A stretch of DNA of 64,000 bases from Sulfurovum sp. (GTDB lineage Bacteria; Campylobacterota; Campylobacteria; Campylobacterales; Sulfurovaceae): the NCBI GenBank assembly GCA_027063305.1, contig JAMORY010000014.1, positions 47,840 to 111,839 on the forward strand, in the 5' to 3' direction. Position 1 is the stretch's first letter; every line of letters begins with the position of its first letter. Below are positions 13,806-23,699 of this stretch, in pieces. The notes under the pieces are model-generated. The model ran no database searches, had not been told where the DNA came from, and saw only the letters and a program-made list of their open reading frames with translations. Both the position numbers and the translations under genes were made by a program.

Positions 13806-14147
13806 TTATTTTGTATTTCTTTCGTAGAAGATATAAGAGGTCGAATAGTCAGAGAACTCAAAGTAGACCTTTTTCTCTCCGTCATCCTGTTTCCAGTTAA
13901 AGTTCATGTCATCGATCCCGTATCCGTAACGGTAAGGTCGGCTCTTTCCGTCATTGGTACCGTATGCGGTCGATAGTTTATCGATCTTGATGAATCGATG
14001 TACTAGTTTATCCCCTGCATAGACATCCAATACCCCATTCGTCCCCGTCCAGTTCTGAAGGGAACGGCTCAATGAGTTCTGTGTCTCTTGTGTACACCCT
14101 GTCAATAATGCCGTTACAGCAAGAGAAGCTAAGGTAAAATATCTCAT
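13806..14147 (-). CDS. Hypothetical lipoprotein
   Basis: Start at MRYFTLASL (14147) with AAGGAG RBS; lipobox LTGC. Confidence 0.7.
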   Translation of the reverse strand: MRYFTLASLAVTALLTGCTQETQNSLSRSLQNWTGTNGVLDVYAGDKLVHRFIKIDKLSTAYGTNDGKSRPYRYGYGIDDMNFNWKQDDGEKKVYFEFSDYSTSYIFYERNTK

Positions 14148-14198
14148 ATATATCTCCTTTATCCTCAAATTATACCCCAAAATCATTAATAATATCGC

Positions 14199-14882
14199 CT
14201 ATAGCGTTACCTTTGGCATATTGAACTTCTGCGTAATAAGCTCTCCCTCTTCATTGAAGTAGAGATAGTAAAGCTTATCTTTTACTACCGGTAGTCCGAC
14301 AAGATAGCGCAGTGCCAAGTTCGCTTGTAAAGAAGCAATATGCATGACAATCGGAGCCGCTATGCCTCCGGGTTGGTGGTCGGAGATGTTGAATACTTTA
14401 AAATCCGCATCCTCAAAAAAACAGACTTGTCCATTGAACGACTCTACTGATGCATATATCCACGGTATCTTCCGAGATCTTGCATAGTCATTGATCTCGG
14501 CACGGACAGGAAGGTTATCTGTCGCATCCAAGATCAGATCATATCTCATTCCATGCTCTTTGACCAATAGATCAAAAGGAACGGTATATGCATTCACTTG
14601 CAAGAAGGGATTTTTCTTTTTCAGAAGCGCTGCGGTCACTTCAGCTTTGAACTGCCCTTCATCTTCTAAGGTAAAAGCGACCTGTCTATGGATGTTATGA
14701 AGTGAGACCGTATCGAAATCAACAATATCGATAGTACCGATACCCGATGTCCCTAGAGCCAGTGCCAAGGATGACCCCAGACCTCCTGCACCGATGATCG
14801 CGATCTTTTTATCCCTAAGCGCTCTTTGCTTTTCTTTCCCCCAAAGCGCTATCTGCCGTTTAAAGTAAGCATCTTCATTCAT
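14199..14882 (-). CDS. ThiF/MoeB/HesA family E1-like protein
   Basis: GAGGLGS; DFDTVSLHNIHRQ; DATDN. Confidence 0.88.
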   Translation of the reverse strand: MNEDAYFKRQIALWGKEKQRALRDKKIAIIGAGGLGSSLALALGTSGIGTIDIVDFDTVSLHNIHRQVAFTLEDEGQFKAEVTAALLKKKNPFLQVNAYTVPFDLLVKEHGMRYDLILDATDNLPVRAEINDYARSRKIPWIYASVESFNGQVCFFEDADFKVFNISDHQPGGIAAPIVMHIASLQANLALRYLVGLPVVKDKLYYLYFNEEGELITQKFNMPKVTL

Positions 14883-15685
14883 ACCTCATGCTCCTTAAGC
14901 GCTTTTTCAAACTGCCATGCTTTACGGTGTTCTATCACCTCTTTTTTATCGATCACCTCTACAAGCATCGACTCTTTATCTTCAAGCATCATCTCCACTT
15001 CCCCCTCAGGAGATACAAGCATCGTATCCCCATAGAACTTCCACTGGATCTCTTTGTCACTATACTCACCCAAACGGTTTGCGCGAAGAATAAAACATCC
15101 ATGTAGGAATGCCTTCGTCTTAATAATCTCACGCCATCGGTTATGAGAACTGAAAGTCGATGCAGTAGGAAGAAGGACAAGGTCGACCTTTTTCTCCGTG
15201 ACCTTCTGCCAAAAGGGATCGAAATGCAACTCGAACCCTGCCATGACCATGATCTTAAAGCCTTTAAGCTTAAAGACCATAGGGTCTTTTAGCGGTTTGA
15301 CCTTATTTGCAAAAAAGGCTTTTTCATTCCAATGTTCATAAGGAAGCAGGATCTGCTGTTCATAGTAGCGGGTATTTTTAGGTGTGATCTTGACGATCGT
15401 TTTATAGTAGCCGTCCTTCTTTGTCAAAACGATCGGTGCGATGAAAACAATGTCATATTTAATAGAGAGGGCTTTAAGTAGCTCCAAATGCTTTTTTGTC
15501 TGTGCTTTGACCATACTGCGGGACATGGTAGCAAGGTCTTTAAAGAAATGGTTTAGGACATACTCCCCCAGTAACATCACATGGGCATCACGCTCTGTCG
15601 CCTTTTTGAGATAGAACTCTAACCGTGTTGCATTCATTCCGAGTGTCGGCAGCTGAAGTGCGGCGACAACAAGCTTCTTCCCCAT
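14879..15685 (-). CDS. Carbon-nitrogen hydrolase family protein
   Basis: LLGEY; GFELHF; ILRANRLG; YGDTMLVSPEG. Confidence 0.8.
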   Translation of the reverse strand: MGKKLVVAALQLPTLGMNATRLEFYLKKATERDAHVMLLGEYVLNHFFKDLATMSRSMVKAQTKKHLELLKALSIKYDIVFIAPIVLTKKDGYYKTIVKITPKNTRYYEQQILLPYEHWNEKAFFANKVKPLKDPMVFKLKGFKIMVMAGFELHFDPFWQKVTEKKVDLVLLPTASTFSSHNRWREIIKTKAFLHGCFILRANRLGEYSDKEIQWKFYGDTMLVSPEGEVEMMLEDKESMLVEVIDKKEVIEHRKAWQFEKALKEHEV

Positions 15686-15892
15686 CTAAACCCCTTCGAC
15701 CTGCTGACTCTCTTTATCGATCACGGCGATCTTCATTTTTGCCTCTTCTAGCATATGTTGTGCTTCTTTGATCTCTTTAAGCCCCTCTTCGTAAAGCTTG
15801 ACAGACTCTTCAAGTGTAATATCCGGGTCCATCAGCTTCTCAAGCTTCTCTTTTGCTTGTGCCAATCGCTTTTCAAATGTTTCAGTCTTCAT
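15686..15892 (-). CDS. xseB: Exodeoxyribonuclease VII small subunit
   Basis: FEKRL...ITLEESVKLYEEG. Confidence 0.92.
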   Translation of the reverse strand: MKTETFEKRLAQAKEKLEKLMDPDITLEESVKLYEEGLKEIKEAQHMLEEAKMKIAVIDKESQQVEGV

Positions 15893-15945
15893 TACTTCTC
15901 CCATAAAAGATGGGACTTGTGTCCCCACTCCAATATATCAATGTA

Positions 15946-16002
15946 GCTTTTCGGAGAAAAGCATACCAAAACTCTTTACACTTCACTCTTAATGCTTCAC
16001 TT
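15946..16002 (-). repeat. Heptad-repeat plus GGTAT plus 3-nt-loop hairpin element (copy 1, metX 3' end)
   Basis: Minus strand: AAGTGAAGCATTAAGAGTGAAGTGTAAAGAGTTTTGGTAT-GCTTTTC-TCC-GAAAAGC. Confidence 0.6.
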
Positions 16003-17091
16003 TAGTACATCTCTGATGTGATGCTCAAATTTATCAAGCTCTACCAAGAACGCATCATGTCCATAGTCACTATCAACCTCCATATAGGTATGGGGCTGTC
16101 CGTTACGCTTCAGCATCTTAGCGATATGTGCCATCTCCGAAGGAAAGAAAAGGTAATCCGATGCAAAACTGATCAAATGCACATTCGCCTTGATCCGGCT
16201 AATGGCATCATGCAAAGAGTCATACCCACGGCTCAGATTGAATGTATTGATCGCTTTGACGATGTAAAGGTAACTTAACGGATCGAAGATACGGGAGAAG
16301 TTATTGGTGTTATACTCCATATAACGCTCTACTTCATAACGTCCGAACAGTTCGAAAAGACCGTCGTTACTGACATAGTTACGTCCAAACTTCTCATCCA
16401 TCGACTCAGGAGAGAGGTAGGAGATATGCCCTGCGATACGTCCGATGGCAAGTCCGTCCAAACCTTCTTCTTTAAAGGCATTCTTCTCATAGTTCCCATT
16501 CTTAAAACACGGGTCACGTCGGATCGCCTCCACTGCCACTTTATTGAAAGCTATCGTCCATGGACGGGTCGCATACGTAGCTGCTAGTGAGATAATATCA
16601 TCTGCGAAATTCGGGTAGTCCACTGCAAACTGCAACGCTTGCATCCCGCCCATTGAACCGCCTACGATCGCCCTGACATGGTAGATCCCAAGTTCGGAGA
16701 GCAGGTGCATCTGCGCGCGTATCATATCTTTGATGGTCACAACAGGGAACTTCAACCTATAGGGTTCTAAAGAGGGATAGCTCTCGCTCATCGGTCCCGT
16801 ACTTCCAAAACACGAACCGATCACATTGGTACAGATGACAAAATACTTGGTTGTATCGATCGCTTTGCCGTCACCGATGAGTCCATCCCACCATCCCGGT
16901 TTTCTATCACCTTCATAAAGCCCCGCTGCATGGTGAGAACCACTAAGCGCATGACAGACCAGTATGACATTGGATCTATCCTCGTTAAGCTCACCATACG
17001 TTTCGTAAGCGATCTCATAAGGCTCTAGGATACGTCCGCTCTCAAGGTAGAGCGGCGAACTGAAATGGGCGGTTTTTGTCTCTATTTTCAT
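15997..17091 (-). CDS. metX: Homoserine O-acetyltransferase
   Basis: CHALSGSHHAAG; GGSMGGMQ; YGHDAFLVE. Confidence 0.95.
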   Translation of the reverse strand: MKIETKTAHFSSPLYLESGRILEPYEIAYETYGELNEDRSNVILVCHALSGSHHAAGLYEGDRKPGWWDGLIGDGKAIDTTKYFVICTNVIGSCFGSTGPMSESYPSLEPYRLKFPVVTIKDMIRAQMHLLSELGIYHVRAIVGGSMGGMQALQFAVDYPNFADDIISLAATYATRPWTIAFNKVAVEAIRRDPCFKNGNYEKNAFKEEGLDGLAIGRIAGHISYLSPESMDEKFGRNYVSNDGLFELFGRYEVERYMEYNTNNFSRIFDPLSYLYIVKAINTFNLSRGYDSLHDAISRIKANVHLISFASDYLFFPSEMAHIAKMLKRNGQPHTYMEVDSDYGHDAFLVELDKFEHHIRDVLK

Positions 17092-17351
17092 ATACGGCTT
17101 TTATAGTAAAATCATAGTTTGCCGTATTTTATCAAAATTGGGCTTATGTGTTACGGAGGTCACTTCTTCCTCATCGGAGAGCAAGTACTATTGTATTAGC
17201 AAACACTTGACAAAAAAATCTCTCCTCTCTTTGAGCTTCATATAATAGCTTTGGCACTAGACTATCAAAGCTCTTTCTTTTTTTAGCTGGTTTCAATTAT
17301 CTTTTATAAAACGGATTGATTTCTTTCATTTTACGCATCATCTATTTTCTC

Positions 17352-18590
17352 TCAATAGCTATTATTGTACGCACAATTTGCCGTTTTCAATAGTGCATCT
17401 TGTATTCCGGAAACATTTATCTTTCCACACCGTGTCTTCAATGTCTTAAAATAACTATTATAATGTCCACTAGTAATACGACCATGCTTCAATCCACCCA
17501 TATTTATCAAGAAATTATTCGGATCATCATGTTGAGAATACCAAATTAGACCATCATACGATCCATTGTATAGTACATGACAAGTAATATTTTTCTTCCA
17601 GTCTTCATACTCACATGAATCAACTGAAACCGTACCGTTCGATGATGATGACTGCCGATGCGTACTCAAATATTCGTCTACTTTTCGTTCTATCGAACTT
17701 CTGACGGTTTTGATTCCTTCTATAATCATTATTTTCATATGCCGAGAAGAGATCGTTTCTCTATAGCGGTGGGCTACCTTTTTCTGACAAATAAGGATAC
17801 CTCTTTTTAAACACTTTTGAGCATATACCTCTATGTTTACATCTCCATCCGGCCATCCATCTTTAAAATAACCTTCTATCGAAATATAATCCAAGTATTC
17901 ATCATCTTTAAAAGGAAGCAAGATGCTACCTTTTCCTTCAATATAGCGATTCTTCCCTTGCTCAGAGTACCAACGCATCTTTTTCCTGTCTATCATATTA
18001 TAAAGTGGTAAATCACCTTTTTGTGCATTAAGAGATTTTAAAAAAGATTCCAACTCTGTTTTAATTAATACCTCACCTATAATCTTTCTTGCATCAGAAT
18101 CGTTTAAATAATCATCCGTTACTTCAAAAATAAGATCTGTTATACCGTCACCTATAATAAAATTTTCTTTTTTTACTTTTACATAGAGATTAACCTCAGG
18201 TAAAAATGTATGATACAGATGACTTTTGTTCGTAGATTTCAACTTTTCACAATAAAGCTTAACATATGTGCTAATTTCACTCACCGTATTAAAACTTTTC
18301 ACAAATTTTTTTGACAATCCATAAAGTGTAAAAGGCTTCATACCTTCAGATAAGCGTTCTGGCTTTCGTTTATATAAATAATAGGCACTACCATTTTTAT
18401 CATAACAAATCCAATCAAGTGTTGGATACCCGTAATAACGATCAATAGGAATATAGGTTTGTACAGTACGCGGTGTAACCCGTTTCGTCTTAATATAGTT
18501 TAATCGCTCCTGTGGATATACCTCATATGACGGATCCAAAGAACATCCTCCAATAAAAAAAAGTACTACTAACATTAAAATAAGCCGCAT
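17352..18590 (-). CDS. AT-rich hypothetical lipoprotein
   Basis: 412-aa ORF; lipobox IGGC at residue 16; two sampled 60-nt lines ~28% GC versus ~58% for a sampled metY line. Confidence 0.7.
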   Translation of the reverse strand: MRLILMLVVLFFIGGCSLDPSYEVYPQERLNYIKTKRVTPRTVQTYIPIDRYYGYPTLDWICYDKNGSAYYLYKRKPERLSEGMKPFTLYGLSKKFVKSFNTVSEISTYVKLYCEKLKSTNKSHLYHTFLPEVNLYVKVKKENFIIGDGITDLIFEVTDDYLNDSDARKIIGEVLIKTELESFLKSLNAQKGDLPLYNMIDRKKMRWYSEQGKNRYIEGKGSILLPFKDDEYLDYISIEGYFKDGWPDGDVNIEVYAQKCLKRGILICQKKVAHRYRETISSRHMKIMIIEGIKTVRSSIERKVDEYLSTHRQSSSSNGTVSVDSCEYEDWKKNITCHVLYNGSYDGLIWYSQHDDPNNFLINMGGLKHGRITSGHYNSYFKTLKTRCGKINVSGIQDALLKTANCAYNNSY

Positions 18591-18614
18591 TTTTTCTCCC
18601 TATTTATTTTTAGA

Positions 18615-19877
18615 TTATGCTAATGCCTTTTTTAAATCTTTGATAAGATCCTGCGTATCTTCAAGTCCGACGCTCAAACGGATAAGCCCACCCGGTACAC
18701 CCGCATCGATAAGCTCTTGCGGTGAAAGCTGCTGGTGTGTCGTACTGGCAGGGTGGGTGATGATGGATTTACTGTCCCCAATATTGGTCACGACAGAGAA
18801 AATCTCTACACTGTCTGCGATCTTCTGCGCCATCTCTTTGCTCTCCACCTCAAAGGAGAGCAGTCCACTTGCCATACCGTTCTTGAAATACTTCTGTACC
18901 AATGCATAATGCGGTGAAGATCTCAGTCCTGGATAGTTGACTTTTTTCACTTTCGGATGTGCCTCAAGGAATTCTGCGATCGCCAAAGCGGAATCGGAGT
19001 GTTGTTTCATACGAAGCGGCAGATGCTCCAAGCCCTGGATATGCAGCCATGAATTGAACGGACTTGGCGCCCCGCCAAGGTCACGCAGCAGTGCCAGACG
19101 TACCCTGAGCGTAAAGAGCGGCAGGGGAAGATCTGAGTAGACAAGCCCGTGATAGCTTGGATCAGGCTCATTAAAGTGGTAGTAGCGCACATTGCCTTTG
19201 ATCTTCTCTGCCAGATCCTCACGCTCTACGATGATACCGCCAAGAGCCAGCCCCTGCCCTGTCGTATATTTGCTGGTACTGTGCACAACCAGATTGACAC
19301 CATAAGAGATAGGTTTGCAGAGTATCGGTGTGCCGACCGTATTGTCCACACAGGTAAGAATGCCGTGTTTGTCGGCAATAGCAACGATCGCTTCAATATC
19401 CGCCACATCGATACTTGGGTTGGTAATACTCTCGAAGATGATGATCTTGGTCTTCTCATCGACCAGTGATTCTATCTCGGAAGGGTTAGTCACGTCAAAA
19501 TAGCGTGTCTCGATACCGAAACGTTTGATGGTGTGTCCTGTCAGTGTGGTCGTACCGCCATAGACCTGCTTGGCTACGATGATGTTATCTCCCGCTTCGG
19601 CGACATTGGCAATGGCATAGAAGATAGCCGCCATCCCCGATGCAGTACCGATCGCCGCAATACCACCTTCAAGTGCGGCAAAGCGCTTCTCGAACACATC
19701 CGTGGTCGGGTTCATCAACCTCGTATAGATGTTCCCCAGCTCTTTGAGGGCAAAAAGGTTCGCCGCATGTTCGGTATCTCTGAACTCATATGCCGTACTC
19801 TGGTAGATCGGTACCGCCATGGTTCCTTGTGCATCTTTTTCATATCCGGCATGGATGGCTAAGGTCTGTTCATGCAT
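18615..19877 (-). CDS. metY: O-acetylhomoserine aminocarboxypropyltransferase (sulfhydrylase)
   Basis: PIYQSTAY; IYTRLMNPT; HSTSKY PLP lysine; IRLSVGLE. Confidence 0.95.
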   Translation of the reverse strand: MHEQTLAIHAGYEKDAQGTMAVPIYQSTAYEFRDTEHAANLFALKELGNIYTRLMNPTTDVFEKRFAALEGGIAAIGTASGMAAIFYAIANVAEAGDNIIVAKQVYGGTTTLTGHTIKRFGIETRYFDVTNPSEIESLVDEKTKIIIFESITNPSIDVADIEAIVAIADKHGILTCVDNTVGTPILCKPISYGVNLVVHSTSKYTTGQGLALGGIIVEREDLAEKIKGNVRYYHFNEPDPSYHGLVYSDLPLPLFTLRVRLALLRDLGGAPSPFNSWLHIQGLEHLPLRMKQHSDSALAIAEFLEAHPKVKKVNYPGLRSSPHYALVQKYFKNGMASGLLSFEVESKEMAQKIADSVEIFSVVTNIGDSKSIITHPASTTHQQLSPQELIDAGVPGGLIRLSVGLEDTQDLIKDLKKALA

Positions 19878-20593
19878 TACTCTTTTTCCTTTGTCTTCAC
19901 GATCTCTTTGAGTGCTGTTGCCTGTTCATTCTTAGGCATGGTACTCTCCGTACTCTTAGACTCTTTTTTCTCTTTTTTTTCAACGGTTCTTACCGGATTG
20001 GATGGCTCGTATGTCAACATAGTACCAAGCATCAGACCACCTTCTGATACCTTGATCTTTCTTACCTGCATCTCCCCTTTGACACGTCCGTCCTGATTGA
20101 TCTCAAGAAGCTCGGTCGCGATCACATTCCCTTCGATACTTCCATTGACGATAATATGTTTTCCCATCATCTTCTTGGTAACCACTTTACCGTTCTTGGT
20201 AACATGGATCGTCTCACATTCACTGATGGTCGCTTCTATCTTACCGTCAGAGATGATCTTGTCCGCCATAATGGTCTGACTTAAGGAGCCTGTTTGGGTA
20301 ACTTCTAGTACTTCACAGTTGACATTACCGTTCACTTTACCGCTAACGACCACTTTTTTAGCATGAACATCTCCATTGACAAGCCCCTCTTTCCCGATAA
20401 TCACTTGATCTTCTACACTCAAATCCCCATGGACTTTCCCGTCAATATGAATACTTCCGCACCCTTTAATGTTCCCTAATATCTCCATACAACCTGTAAT
20501 GGTCGCCGCCCCGCCTTTAGGTGCACTCGGGGTACTTGGTGCAGAGAATGGTGCCGCCTCTTTTTCACTTTTACTACTTCCAAAAAAAGCCAT
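19877..20593 (-). CDS. Bactofilin (polymer-forming cytoskeletal protein) with extended beta-helix
   Basis: HIDGKVHGDL...IIGKEGLVNGDVHAKKVVVSGKVNGNV repeated as IIVNGSIEGNVIATELLEINQDGRVKGEM. Confidence 0.82.
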   Translation of the reverse strand: MAFFGSSKSEKEAAPFSAPSTPSAPKGGAATITGCMEILGNIKGCGSIHIDGKVHGDLSVEDQVIIGKEGLVNGDVHAKKVVVSGKVNGNVNCEVLEVTQTGSLSQTIMADKIISDGKIEATISECETIHVTKNGKVVTKKMMGKHIIVNGSIEGNVIATELLEINQDGRVKGEMQVRKIKVSEGGLMLGTMLTYEPSNPVRTVEKKEKKESKSTESTMPKNEQATALKEIVKTKEKE

Positions 20594-20714
20594 AGCTTTC
20601 TCCTTTTCCTTGTTCTTATACGATGAATTTATTTTACTATTGTATCTTATTGGGATTTAAAACTATACAGAAATGGAAGAAAAAGAGAGAAATAAGAAAA
20701 AAGAGAGATAGTCA

Positions 20715-20737
20715 GGTAGATGCAAAAAGCATCTGCC
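20715..20737 (-). terminator. Hairpin downstream of guaB
   Basis: GGTAGATGC-AAAAA-GCATCTGCC 12 nt past the stop; T-rich tract further downstream on minus. Confidence 0.5.
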
Positions 20738-20748
20738 CTTCAAAAAGA

Positions 20749-23561
<2,813 letters not shown>

Positions 23562-23573
23562 CCTCTATCCTCG

Positions 23574-23699
23574 CTATTTGATATCAAACTTCTTTTTATA
23601 GTATGCCACAACGGCAAGCCCAACACCTACCAGTCCCAAAATGAAGATGATCGATCCGATGATCACACTCATCGAAATAGGCTGGCTCATATCGAACAT
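23574..23699 (-). CDS. 41-aa single-TM small protein (not in ORF track)
   Basis: MFDMSQPISMSVIIGSIIFILGLVGVGLAVVAYYKKKFDIK*; ATG overlaps the ileS stop (TAATG); ends just before the gatA RBS. Confidence 0.65.
   Translation of the reverse strand: MFDMSQPISMSVIIGSIIFILGLVGVGLAVVAYYKKKFDIK

Noticed and set aside
17092-17351. Possible gene remnant between the AT-rich lipoprotein and metX
   Set aside because: Only a 14-codon ORF and broken frames with no recognisable motif; cannot support a pseudogene call.
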